Of a DNA stretch of 64,000 nt, positions 20,518-29,539 are shown in pieces; the stretch's first letter is position 1, and the number at the start of each line of letters is the position of its first letter. The notes below the pieces were generated by a model. It saw nothing but the letters and a program-made list of their open reading frames with translations. It ran no database searches and was not told the DNA's origin. The translations under genes and the position numbers were made by a program. This stretch comes from Flavobacteriales bacterium (lineage in GTDB: Bacteria > Bacteroidota > Bacteroidia > UBA10329). The stretch covers positions 13,137-77,136 of the forward strand of contig JAIPBJ010000002.1 in the NCBI GenBank assembly GCA_021739625.1, written 5' to 3'.

Positions 20518-20545
20518 AATGAAAACCCCCGCTGGTGGGCGGGGG
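20518..20545 (-). terminator. rho-independent terminator after the 20578..21576 gene (minus strand)
   Basis: On the minus strand the hairpin CCCCCGCC-cacca-GCGGGGG is followed by TTTTCATTT, about 35 nt downstream of the stop. Confidence 0.6.
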
Positions 20546-20577
20546 TCTTCCGAGAGGCGATATAAGGTTCAAAAGGA

Positions 20578-21576
20578 CTATCTGGCAGATCTCGACTTGC
20601 CCGTCCTTCTCCTGTCCAGCGTATAGAGGGTGTAGGTGATCGAGGCGAACCCGCCCGGGGTGAGTACCTGCTTGTACTCAAGTTCCTGAGTTGACATGTA
20701 CAGGGCATTGTCAGGATACAGATCCTTCCTGAGTTCATCCACCTGCATGAGCGACAGTCCTACGCTGAAGCAGAACTGGCGTTTCCCCCCGGCCATGATG
20801 GTGCCGCCAAGCATATAGACAGGCTTGGGGTTGTCCTCTATGGCCACGCCCACACCGAGCGAGAAGCCCAGTCCGAAGCCGCCCGAGAGCATAGTACCGA
20901 TGTTGGCGAATGCGGCCAGCCCGATGGGCGGCAGCCCTCCTCCAGACTCCACCAACCTATAGTTGGCCGAGTCGGTCACCAGCCCGGTATCGTCCTGTAG
21001 CCGCTGCCAATGATAGCTGGACGGTGAATGCTGATTGCTGAACACTGCGAACGGACCGGAGCTGAAGCTGAAGTTCCACTTGTTGCGCACCCTGAGCTCA
21101 ATGCCCAAGGAGTCGTCTGTAAGCGGAATCACCGATGAACCTAATCGCGCCAAGCTCGAATCGTTCGGATAAATCCTGATGCCTACACCCAACATGCTTC
21201 CTTTAGGGTACAGTGGTGGAGAGGTGTATTCATTCGGATTGCTGTTGAGTGTGCCCATAGCACTTGCAGGAGCCGCTAATTTATTGTTCGCAAGCGGCAA
21301 TGCGCCCTTGAAGTACTTCTTCCACAGTTCAGGTTCCTCTGATCCGAACTCAATGTCATCTGCAACGATGACAACATTGTAAGTCAGTCGGTCCACATTC
21401 TTGACCACGATACGATATGGTTCGTTGTAGCGAGGAAGAACCTTGAGCGTATCGAAGCTCTTCGTATCGAAGTCGTAGGTCAAGGTGCCCACATTTGTCT
21501 GCACTCCATTCTTCTGTGCCGAAGCAGTCATTGCCGCAAGCAGCATGATGATCAGAAATGGTATCGTCTTTCTCAT
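20578..21576 (-). CDS. hypothetical secreted, beta-rich protein (possible outer-membrane protein)
   Basis: Internal ATG with signal peptide MRKTIPFLIIMLLAAMTASAQ, 332 aa, and a Gly/aromatic-rich C-terminal third. No known motif. Confidence 0.6.
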   Translation of the reverse strand: MRKTIPFLIIMLLAAMTASAQKNGVQTNVGTLTYDFDTKSFDTLKVLPRYNEPYRIVVKNVDRLTYNVVIVADDIEFGSEEPELWKKYFKGALPLANNKLAAPASAMGTLNSNPNEYTSPPLYPKGSMLGVGIRIYPNDSSLARLGSSVIPLTDDSLGIELRVRNKWNFSFSSGPFAVFSNQHSPSSYHWQRLQDDTGLVTDSANYRLVESGGGLPPIGLAAFANIGTMLSGGFGLGFSLGVGVAIEDNPKPVYMLGGTIMAGGKRQFCFSVGLSLMQVDELRKDLYPDNALYMSTQELEYKQVLTPGGFASITYTLYTLDRRRTGKSRSAR

Positions 21577-21685
21577 GATTTCTATTCTTTTAGGGGTTTG
21601 TAACTGTTGAATTATTAATTTCTCATTGGATTGTTGTGGATGAGGGCAGGCCACACCTGTTCGTGTTGCGACCTGCCCTGCATTT

Positions 21686-22363
21686 TCAAGGAGCGATCAC
21701 ATCTGTGCTGACGGAGATGTCGCCCGGCCCGGCCGCGTTGAAACCCAGTGCGGTGATGTAGTACTTCGTCCCGGAGGTCAGCCCCTGAAAGTCCACCTTC
21801 CGCTTGGTGCCGAGGATGATCACCAGCTCCCCATCGGTAGGCCCCGACAGTTTCAGCTGACCGTCCTTGATGCTCATCGTCTCAGGTCCGGGTGGCAGGT
21901 TGGCCGCCATGAACACGAACCCCTTGCATCTGGACAGTGGCTCTATCTCGGCATGTATGCTGCCCTTGGCCTTGTTGCCCCATGCCGTCAGAACGGCCAT
22001 GTCGGGTTTCGGTATGGGCTGCACCTCCGTGTCAGTGCTCAGAAAACCAGCATGGTTTATCAGCACCTTGTTGCCCGAAGCGATCCGTTCCACATATTGC
22101 GCCTCTTTGCGGAACAATGTGATCCATTCCTTTTCAGACTCGTCACGCTCAAGGATCTTGCCCTTGTCACCGTTCATCGCCTGTTGGGTCTTCAATTTCA
22201 GGTCATTGTTCGCGATGAGCAGATCTGGCAACGGGATGTCCGGTGTCGGAAACTCCATGATGTGGGCATTCATTTCGGCAAGGACGTTGTCTCCGAAAAG
22301 CCCCTTCTGTGTGGGAGTCAGGAGACAGAATGCGAAACTTACTTTTGCTATTTTCTCAGCCAT
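21686..22363 (-). CDS. hypothetical protein with C-terminal fibronectin-III-like segment
   Basis: 225 aa with no signal peptide. The C-terminus resembles an FN3 strand pattern (GLTSGTKYYITALGFNAAGPGDIS). Lies immediately downstream (12-nt gap) of the repeat-encoded minus-strand ORF and 110 nt upstream of the 20578..21576 gene. Confidence 0.55.
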   Translation of the reverse strand: MAEKIAKVSFAFCLLTPTQKGLFGDNVLAEMNAHIMEFPTPDIPLPDLLIANNDLKLKTQQAMNGDKGKILERDESEKEWITLFRKEAQYVERIASGNKVLINHAGFLSTDTEVQPIPKPDMAVLTAWGNKAKGSIHAEIEPLSRCKGFVFMAANLPPGPETMSIKDGQLKLSGPTDGELVIILGTKRKVDFQGLTSGTKYYITALGFNAAGPGDISVSTDVIAP

Positions 22364-22408
22364 GGTCTTTGGTTTTTAATGGTCTTTGGTTAAAACTGAT
22401 CCTATCAG

Positions 22409-22618
22409 GGCCGACCCAAGTTCGAGATGGGCCGACTCAAGTTTGATAAAGGCCGACCCAAGTTCGGGAAGGGCCAACTCAAGTTCAGGAAGGGTCCACT
22501 CAAGTTCGGGAAGGGTCCACTCAAGTTCGGGAAGAGCCAACTCAAGTTCAGGAAGGGGCAACTCAAGTTTGATAAAGGCCCACTCAAGTTCGAGAATGGC
22601 CGACCCAAGTTTGAAGTT
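22409..22618. repeat. tandem array of ten degenerate 21-bp repeats (consensus GGCCRACYCAAGTTCGGGAAG)
   Basis: Units are contiguous with no spacers. Unit 5 and unit 6 are identical, and the others differ at 1-5 positions. The array keeps 7-codon periodicity and is stop-free in two plus and two minus frames. Confidence 0.9.
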
Positions 22619-22770
22619 GCTTTGCCCCTGTTCCCATTTCAAGGGCCTTTGTCTTGGTTTGGTACATGCATGACTGGTCTGATTTAGGTTTGATCGTCAT
22701 CTGACATTGCAAAGGTTCACCGCCCCTTTTTTCCCCACAATCACCCGAAGGGGTATATCGGGGGGGCGCC

Positions 22771-23511
22771 TCAAATGGGCTTTCTACCCCTTTGGGGGAG
22801 ATGCACGGGCAGGACGATGGTCGCCACCATGCACAGATAGGGCATAAGACCAAGGGTATTTGCCACGCCCAGCTTGCGTTTCATGTTCTTCAGATGCGTC
22901 TTCACCGTCTGCGGGTCAATGCAGAGCAGGTCGGCTATCTCCTTGCGGCCCTTCTCCAAGGCCACCAGCGCCAGCACCTCTTTCTCGCGCCCCGTCAGGG
23001 TGCTGAACGCCTTGCTGCGTTCGGGGGTCAAGGCCTCCATCAGGCCATGGTCGCCCTTCGTGGACGCCACCAGCAGCTCCACATCATAGAAGACCGTGAG
23101 CACAGGCGAATCGTCATGCTCCGCGTCAAGCCGCTCCGCATGCCCGAAGAAGGCGCGCTCGGTGCCATCGCTGTCCAGCAGAAGGAACTGCAGGCGCAAC
23201 GGCCCGCCCACGTTCCGCCCGAACGCCTGCCCATAGAGCTGCACATGCGCCATGGCCGATGATGTGAGCCTCGGCATCAGCTCCAGCACCTTGGCCGGGC
23301 CGAACTGCGCATGGGCCACGCCCACCCACCGCGCCACCGCAGCGTTGTAGAACAGCGGCACCATCTGCCCCGGCCGGTGCAGCAATATGCCGCATCCCAT
23401 GCCGTCCAGCGCCTCGGCAAGGCCCCCACAGTGCTTCAATCCTATGGTGTCGTGGCCCGCGCATGCCAGCACGGCCTCGGCAATCCTGTTCCATCTTTCC
23501 TGTGTTCCCAT
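22771..23511 (-). CDS. LuxR-family transcriptional regulator (solo; uncharacterised N-terminal ligand/sensor domain)
   Basis: 246 aa. C-terminal LuxR/FixJ-type HTH (LTGREKEVLALVALEKGRKEIADLLCIDPQTVKTHLKNMKRKLGV). The N-terminal ~170 aa is not a receiver domain. A hydrophobic ~30-aa C-terminal extension follows the HTH. Confidence 0.7.
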   Translation of the reverse strand: MGTQERWNRIAEAVLACAGHDTIGLKHCGGLAEALDGMGCGILLHRPGQMVPLFYNAAVARWVGVAHAQFGPAKVLELMPRLTSSAMAHVQLYGQAFGRNVGGPLRLQFLLLDSDGTERAFFGHAERLDAEHDDSPVLTVFYDVELLVASTKGDHGLMEALTPERSKAFSTLTGREKEVLALVALEKGRKEIADLLCIDPQTVKTHLKNMKRKLGVANTLGLMPYLCMVATIVLPVHLPQRGRKPI

Positions 23512-23738
23512 CGGTCAGTGCATTCGTTATCACGATGCAAACCAACATGCCCTGTTCCCCCTTTCCTAACCAACTTTTTGCCCGAGTTAGTATTCCTGAG
23601 GCACTTTTTTATCGTGCATCGCACACAAGGTCAGTGCGTTGCGAGGAAATAAGTTAGTACTTCTGACGGGGTTTTTTGGGGGTGAAAGACCTCTCCCCTG
23701 ACCTCTCTCCCAAAGAGAGGGGAATTCGGAATAGAGGC

Positions 23739-24548
23739 TCAGCAGCCCATGGTGCCGAAGAAGAACACCAGCTCCTGCTCCACGGGAAGGCCCTGCGCAT
23801 CAGTGGCGGGCGTCCAACGGCCGGGCAGGGTGCTCACCAGTTGCAGCACCCGCTGGTCATAGTCCGGATGGGCAGAGGACGAGCTGAGCTTCACGTTGGC
23901 CAGTCTGCCCTCGCGGGTCACGGTGAAGGTCACCCTTCCGCCCTGCAGCCTGTCGGCCTCCAGCCCAAGGGCCAGCTCGCGGGCATTCTCCTTCACATAG
24001 GCCACAAGGGCCGCCTTGCCATATTCATACTCGGCCGCTTTCTCAGGCACAATGGTGACGTAGGGCGTGCATTGGCGAAACTCCAGTTTCCCCGTGGCGG
24101 AATTCAGATGCTGGTAGTCGGCCGTGATAAGGATGTTCTTCGAATAGCCGACCGTGCGCAACAGTCCCAGCTGTGCGTCATTGAACGCACTGCTGTTCCC
24201 ATCCGCATTCAGCGCGTCCTCCATCTGCCCGTCCAGCACCGAGACGCGCATGGAATAGTAGCTTACCAGCGGAACAATCTCCGCATCGAGCTGCAGGTCG
24301 GCAATGGAGCGGGCGTTGGCCAGCCGTTCCTTGGTAACGGTCATCATGAACCGTGACGAGAGGTCATAGACAGGCTCCACGGGCATGAGCGGGCCTATCG
24401 GCCTCCATGGCCTTGGCGCAACAGGAGCGGGCGTGTCGCACAAAGGCTGCACGTGTGCGGCAACGGGGCTGTTCCACTTTGCCATCACGAGGCCCCCGAG
24501 GCCCATGGAGGTGATGCAGACACTGAGGAGGAGGATGCTGTTCTTCAT
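23739..24548 (-). CDS. secreted protein with TonB C-terminal-like domain
   Basis: Signal peptide MKNSILLLSVCITSMGLGGLVMA. The C-terminal ~80 aa (GRVTFTVTREGRLANVKL...PGRWTPATDAQGLPVEQELVFFF) matches the TonB-C fold pattern. Confidence 0.55.
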   Translation of the reverse strand: MKNSILLLSVCITSMGLGGLVMAKWNSPVAAHVQPLCDTPAPVAPRPWRPIGPLMPVEPVYDLSSRFMMTVTKERLANARSIADLQLDAEIVPLVSYYSMRVSVLDGQMEDALNADGNSSAFNDAQLGLLRTVGYSKNILITADYQHLNSATGKLEFRQCTPYVTIVPEKAAEYEYGKAALVAYVKENARELALGLEADRLQGGRVTFTVTREGRLANVKLSSSSAHPDYDQRVLQLVSTLPGRWTPATDAQGLPVEQELVFFFGTMGC

Positions 24549-24789
24549 GGCAGATGGTCTTTGGTGTTGATGTGATCCCTATCGGGCCATGGGCCTCAGC
24601 GCAATGCTTGGGCACCTGTTGCGATAGGACACCACAAAGCTCGACCGCCTTCCTCCATCGCATGGTAAAACCACGTGTAAATGATCGTAAAATGATCGCA
24701 TTACACTTCAAAGCCCCCTTCGAGGTTGATGTGTTGCCTTTGCCGGGCCGCGTCAGGCCACCCCTCTCCACCATGCCTAAATTTGCACC

Positions 24790-25536
24790 ATGAAGAAAGC
24801 CTTCGTCTCTCCCATGGTCTGGATGCTCTGCGCCCTCCCACTGCTGCTGCAGGCGCAGGAGACCACCCCGCCCGAAACCCCGAAGCCCAAGAAGCGCAAG
24901 ATGCCCAAGAAGGAGATGGTGCTCATAAACCTCAATTTCGACAGTTGGGTGAACCATCCATCCTACATCGCCCCCAAATGGGGCGAGTCGCGGGGCGTGG
25001 ATGTGGCCCTGCTCTACGACTATGTCATCAAGAAGAGCAACTTCAGCATTGCAGGCGGTGTAGGGTTCAATTCGCACAACATCCATAGCGAAGGGTTCCC
25101 GGTGGTTTACAGCACCACGGCAGGGAACACCTACACCCATCTCGACACCGCCTTTTTCGGTGGCCGCGAGATAGAGGTCAATAAGATCAGCACCAACTTC
25201 ATCGACATCCCGTTCGAGTTCCGGTTCCGCTCCAAGGCCCACCGCAATGGAAAGCGCATCGCAGCTTCCGTTGGATTCAAACTCGGATTCCTTGTGCAGA
25301 GCCACACCAAGACCGAGACCAAGGAGGACTATGTGGTGGACGGGGTGAACATAGGCGGCAAGTTCAAGACCTACGACATAGAGAACCTGAACTGGTTTCG
25401 CTACGGCCTCACCGCGCGGGTGGGCTATGCCAACTTCTATCTCAACTTCTTCTATTCGCTCACGCCCCTGTTCCAAGAAGGCCGGGGCACAGAGGCCACC
25501 CCCATCAGCATCGGCATCGGTGTGAGCCCTTTCTGA
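24790..25536 (+). CDS. outer-membrane beta-barrel protein (PorT/OmpA-barrel-like)
   Basis: Signal peptide, 248 aa, alternating hydrophobic beta-strand pattern and a C-terminal aromatic residue (…GIGVSPF). A TAAATTTG -7-like motif lies just upstream of the ATG. Confidence 0.65.
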   Translation: MKKAFVSPMVWMLCALPLLLQAQETTPPETPKPKKRKMPKKEMVLINLNFDSWVNHPSYIAPKWGESRGVDVALLYDYVIKKSNFSIAGGVGFNSHNIHSEGFPVVYSTTAGNTYTHLDTAFFGGREIEVNKISTNFIDIPFEFRFRSKAHRNGKRIAASVGFKLGFLVQSHTKTETKEDYVVDGVNIGGKFKTYDIENLNWFRYGLTARVGYANFYLNFFYSLTPLFQEGRGTEATPISIGIGVSPF

Positions 25537-25607
25537 GGGCGGAAGGTACTTCTGGAATGCTGGGAGCACGTTGAATGCTCAACCCAGCCTTGGCAAGGCG
25601 AGGATTC

Positions 25608-26327
25608 TCACTCCAACGGTGGCCTCCTCTCTTTCTTCGTTTTCCTGTCCCAATGAATGACGAGGAACAGCTGAACCGACCCGGTATCAAATGTGGAGGT
25701 GACCCGGTGACGTACCCCTTTGTAGGGTGTCCCATAATTGTATCCGTAGTCCCATGGCTGCATGCTGTACAGGATATTGGGAGAGATGTTGATGCCAATA
25801 CGCAACAGTTTGTGAACATCCACCAGAATGCCAGAATTGAAGGCCAGCCCAAGTTTCAGTTGCCAAGTTTCATTTGTCCTTTCAATAGTTGGAAGGGCTG
25901 GATTATCTACCATGTACAGGCCATATCCCCCGCCTGCAACTAAATCCACTCCTGTGTATGTGTGCATCCTGGGATGAAGATTGAACCTGAACTCCAGTCC
26001 CAAGTTCAATGCCCCGCTCACACCTCTGGACTTGGTTGGGAACTGGTTGGTAAACTCAGGTTCGTCATCAGAAATGGCCGCTGAGAAATCGACCAGTCCT
26101 ACTCTGAGATACGTCCGTTTTCCCAATTGACGCTTGTACAAAAGCCCAAAGGACATCCCTGCATTGGCGTACGACAAACTGAGTATGGCCTCATTGGCCT
26201 TCGGTTTCTGCGCAACAGAGACAACTTTGCTGGAATCAGGAACAATGAGATCTGAAGGAAGTTCCTGAGCTGCCACCGCATGGGACAATACGGTGGTAAT
26301 CAATACGAGCGTGATGATGCGGTTCAT
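25608..26327 (-). CDS. outer-membrane beta-barrel protein
   Basis: Signal peptide MNRIITLVLITTVLSHAVAAQ, 239 aa, beta-strand periodicity, a Gly/Tyr-rich segment and a C-terminal aromatic-rich end. Confidence 0.65.
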   Translation of the reverse strand: MNRIITLVLITTVLSHAVAAQELPSDLIVPDSSKVVSVAQKPKANEAILSLSYANAGMSFGLLYKRQLGKRTYLRVGLVDFSAAISDDEPEFTNQFPTKSRGVSGALNLGLEFRFNLHPRMHTYTGVDLVAGGGYGLYMVDNPALPTIERTNETWQLKLGLAFNSGILVDVHKLLRIGINISPNILYSMQPWDYGYNYGTPYKGVRHRVTSTFDTGSVQLFLVIHWDRKTKKERRPPLE

Positions 26328-26454
26328 GAGAGTTGTATTGAACGGGGGTCCCGTCTTTCACCTTGTAAGTTTAGAACAATTATCACGATCAAGGGTCGGT
26401 AGTAACGCATGGAGCCAATGCACAGAGCACACTGGACACCCCTTGACATTCGCA

Positions 26455-26462
26455 TAACTTTG
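26455..26462 (+). promoter_or_regulatory. Bacteroidota sigma-A -7-like element TAACTTTG upstream of the Na/Pi cotransporter gene
   Basis: TAnnTTTG match 26 nt upstream of the ATG at 26489. A TTGACA lies 13 nt further upstream. Confidence 0.35.
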
Positions 26463-26488
26463 CCACACAACTTGGACGGCAACCGCGC

Positions 26489-28165
26489 ATGAACGCCAAC
26501 GATTTCTGGGAATTCCTTGCCGGCCTCGGCATCTTCATGTTCGGGATGTTCCTGTTGGAGGAGTCCATCCGCAACCTGTCGGGAAGGGCCTTCAAAGGCT
26601 TCATCCGCAGATACACCGAAGGCACCCTCAAGGCAGTGCTCACCGGCACATTCGCCACGGCCATCCTACAGAGCAGCTCGGCCGTCACATTGATGGTGCT
26701 GGCCTTCACAGGTGCAGGCATCATGTCGTTGCAGAACGGCATAGGGGTGGTGCTGGGGTCCAACCTCGGCACCACTGTCACAAGCTGGATAGTGGCCGGA
26801 CTGGGCTTCAAGGTCAGCATCGAGGCACTGGCCCTGCCCTTCATCGGCATAGGCGGCCTCGGGCTCATCTTCCTCGGAAAATCCCTCAAGGGCAGCAACA
26901 TCAGCAAACTCTCGGTGGGCTTCGGATTCCTGTTCATGGGACTCGACTATATGAAGCGCAGCATCGAGGCCATCGCCACGGACGAACTCCTGAGCATGAT
27001 ACCCGACTATGGGCCGCTGATCTACATTCTGGTGGGTTTTGTGCTCACGGCCGCACTCCAGAGCAGTTCGGCAAGCATTGCGGTCATTCTGAGTGCCCTG
27101 CACAGCGGGCTTTTCAGCTACACCGAGGCCACCGCCATGGTGATTGGGGCCAACCTGGGCACCACCGTCACTGTGATGATCGGTGCCGTGGGCGGCTCCA
27201 CGGTGAAGAAACGGGTGGGAATGAGCCACTTCCTCTTCAATTTCATCACGGCAATCGTGGCCACGATGCTGCTGCCCCTGCTCAATCGGCTGGTGTTCGA
27301 TGTGATGGGACTGGGCAAAGACCCGGTGATGGGTCTCGCCATGTTCCACACCATCTTCAACCTGATGGGCGTGCTGCTCTTCATTCCTTTCCTCCCACTT
27401 TTTTCCAAGCTGCTGGTGTGGGCCGTCCCCGAGAAGCGGATGGAGACCTCGGTATTCATATCGAAGGTGACACCCGATGTTCCTGAGGCCGCCATGGTAT
27501 CGCTGCAACAGGAGACACAGGCCCTCCTACAGGCGGCCATGGAGCACAATCTCGACCTGTTGAGCATAGACCCCAAACTTGTTTTCACAGGCAATGTCAA
27601 CGGGAGCAAGGGAGAGAGGAAGAAACCGGAGGAGCAGTATGCCCGCCTCAAAGCCGTGCAGGCCGAAATCTATGCCTTTGCCGCACTGGTGCAGGGTCAG
27701 GAGATGAGCGAGCAGGAGGCATCGCTGCTCAACCGACTGCTTTCGGCCGTGCGCTATGCCATCTCCTCGGCCAAGACCCTCAAGGATGTGAAGCGCGACA
27801 TCGATGAGATGGAAGACTCCGAGAGCCCGCACCTCAACGACTGCTATGCCGACCTGCGAAGGAAGATGATGGAGAACTACATCCATCTGCAACGCGTGAT
27901 GAGCGAGGAGGAGGACCTGCAGAACCTGCCCCGGCTGGTCAAGACCATGAAAAGCATCATGGCCGAAGATGCGCAACTGATGCAGGAGCTGATGAAAGGA
28001 CTGAAGCAGCATCACATCCCTGCCGAACTGGTGTCGGTGCTGCTCGCTGCCAACCGCGCATTCACGCTGGCGGCCCGCCAGATGCTGTTGGCCGTGAAGG
28101 ATTTCAAGCTGAGCGCCCACGATGCCGCCCTGTTCGACAACCTCGAAGTGGAGGTCAAGGCCTGA
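26489..28165 (+). CDS. Na+/phosphate cotransporter (NptA family) with PhoU-like C-terminal domain
   Basis: 558 aa with duplicated Na/Pi cotransporter repeats (SSSAVTLMVLAFTGAG...GSNLGTTVTSW; SSSASIAVILSALHSG...GANLGTTVT) followed by a helical PhoU-like tail. Confidence 0.9.
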   Translation: MNANDFWEFLAGLGIFMFGMFLLEESIRNLSGRAFKGFIRRYTEGTLKAVLTGTFATAILQSSSAVTLMVLAFTGAGIMSLQNGIGVVLGSNLGTTVTSWIVAGLGFKVSIEALALPFIGIGGLGLIFLGKSLKGSNISKLSVGFGFLFMGLDYMKRSIEAIATDELLSMIPDYGPLIYILVGFVLTAALQSSSASIAVILSALHSGLFSYTEATAMVIGANLGTTVTVMIGAVGGSTVKKRVGMSHFLFNFITAIVATMLLPLLNRLVFDVMGLGKDPVMGLAMFHTIFNLMGVLLFIPFLPLFSKLLVWAVPEKRMETSVFISKVTPDVPEAAMVSLQQETQALLQAAMEHNLDLLSIDPKLVFTGNVNGSKGERKKPEEQYARLKAVQAEIYAFAALVQGQEMSEQEASLLNRLLSAVRYAISSAKTLKDVKRDIDEMEDSESPHLNDCYADLRRKMMENYIHLQRVMSEEEDLQNLPRLVKTMKSIMAEDAQLMQELMKGLKQHHIPAELVSVLLAANRAFTLAARQMLLAVKDFKLSAHDAALFDNLEVEVKA

Positions 28166-28305
28166 ACCCCTTTCTTTGCCGCGCTTTTGTGGCTCGGAAT
28201 TTGAAAGGCCGCTGGCCGCGAAAAACTTACCGAGACCTAACAGGTTTTTGAAACCCGTTAGGTTTGGTCAGCCGTTGCATTCTCTGGGTGAAACCTTTTA
28301 ACCGC

Positions 28306-28929
28306 ATGTCCCGACTTCTCCCCATTCTCCTGCTATTCCTCTCTACGGCCATGTTCGCGCAGGACTGGAAACCCCTCACCGCCACCGACCCCACCATCGC
28401 GAAGCTGCGAAAGGACCTCGGTGCCATGGCCAGCATCAAAGGCAACATCAGGCAAGAGAAGTCATTCGCCTTCCTCGATGACAAGCTCGTGTCCACCGGA
28501 TATTTCAGCTATAGGAAGGAGAACCGCCTGCGCTGGCAGTTCGACCGGCCCATCGAATACATCATCCTCATCAAGGACAACGCCATGCGGCTGCGCGAGG
28601 CGGGCGAGGAGAAGCAGTACAAGGGCGTGAACAGGATTCTGCGTCAGGTGCGCGAGATCATCCTCGGCTGCATCGATGGTTCCATCATCGACAATGCCAA
28701 TTACAAGGCCGCCTTCTTCGGAAATGCCACCTCTTTGAAGCTCGACCTCCAGCCCAAGGACCGCCAGTTGAAGGAGTTCATACAGCGCATAGAGGTCGAA
28801 TTTGCGAAGGAGGGCAACAAGCTGCGCTCGGTCATGCTCACCGACCCATCGGGCGACATCACCCACATCCATTTCACCGACATCCGCACCGGACAGACCA
28901 TAGATGAGGCTGTTTTCACTGATTTTTAG
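28306..28929 (+). CDS. LolA-like outer-membrane lipoprotein carrier family protein
   Basis: Internal ATG with signal peptide MSRLLPILLLFLSTAMFAQ. About 205 aa with LolA-like block spacing (KGNIRQEKSFAFLDDKLVSTGYFSYRKENRLRWQFDRPIEYIIL). Confidence 0.55.
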   Translation: MSRLLPILLLFLSTAMFAQDWKPLTATDPTIAKLRKDLGAMASIKGNIRQEKSFAFLDDKLVSTGYFSYRKENRLRWQFDRPIEYIILIKDNAMRLREAGEEKQYKGVNRILRQVREIILGCIDGSIIDNANYKAAFFGNATSLKLDLQPKDRQLKEFIQRIEVEFAKEGNKLRSVMLTDPSGDITHIHFTDIRTGQTIDEAVFTDF

Positions 28930-29464
28930 TCTGCTGCTCGCGCTGCCGGCAGTGGCGCAGCAACTGCCAGTGCCAGAGGTGCTGCCTGCGGGCAAGGATG
29001 CCATCTACCGGGCAGAGTTCAAGCACCTGGCAACGGGCATGAACGGTTTTCTGGCCGTGAGCCACAGGCGCAATCACGTGCTTCAGGTGTCGTTCAACTC
29101 CATCATGGGAACCAACATGCTGGAGATGGTATGGAAGAACGGCCGTTGGAAGAAGAAGTATGTCAACAGGAGCCTCAACAGGCGCGGCCTCATCGAAATG
29201 CTACAGGTGGACATCATGCTGCTGTTCCTGCATTTCCGCCACGACCCCAAGGCCGAGGACCGGGGCGACCTCTGGCTCTGGAACAAGCGCAGCATCCACA
29301 TCGAAAGCAGGGACGGTCGCATCGATCGCCTCCATGTGAAGACCAAGAAGCACCTGCCCAGCCGCGAAGTGAACTATTCCTTCGATGCAGCAGGCAGGCT
29401 CACAGAGATGAAGGTGACGCACGCGGGCCGGCCGTTCAGCATCACCCTGCAACCGCTGAAATAG
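28904..29464 (+). CDS. hypothetical secreted protein (possibly LolB/LolA-like beta-sandwich)
   Basis: Signal peptide MRLFSLIFSLLLALPAVAQ, 186 aa. Overlaps the upstream LolA-like gene by 26 nt, so the two are co-transcribed. Confidence 0.5.
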   Translation: MRLFSLIFSLLLALPAVAQQLPVPEVLPAGKDAIYRAEFKHLATGMNGFLAVSHRRNHVLQVSFNSIMGTNMLEMVWKNGRWKKKYVNRSLNRRGLIEMLQVDIMLLFLHFRHDPKAEDRGDLWLWNKRSIHIESRDGRIDRLHVKTKKHLPSREVNYSFDAAGRLTEMKVTHAGRPFSITLQPLK

Positions 29465-29539
29465 CTGCTTTGCCGCGATTTGGTCGGGCGGCAGCCCATA
29501 GGGGCTACTTTTGCAAGCAACCCTTTCAAAAGAACAGAC

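Noticed and set aside
22409-22618. Possible CRISPR array
   Set aside because: The repeats are directly contiguous 21-mers with no spacers, the units are degenerate rather than identical, and no cas genes are nearby.
22386-22687. Plus-strand repeat-encoded ORFs (for example the lysine-rich GxLKFxK heptad peptide)
   Set aside because: Stop-free frames are an automatic consequence of the 21-bp unit. There is no signal peptide or start context, and the ORFs run opposite to the surrounding operon direction. They are kept only as a caveat inside the finding.
23687-23726. Hairpin CCTCTC...GAGAGG downstream of the TonB-C-like gene as a terminator
   Set aside because: The stem is short and imperfect and is not followed by a U-tract on the relevant strand.
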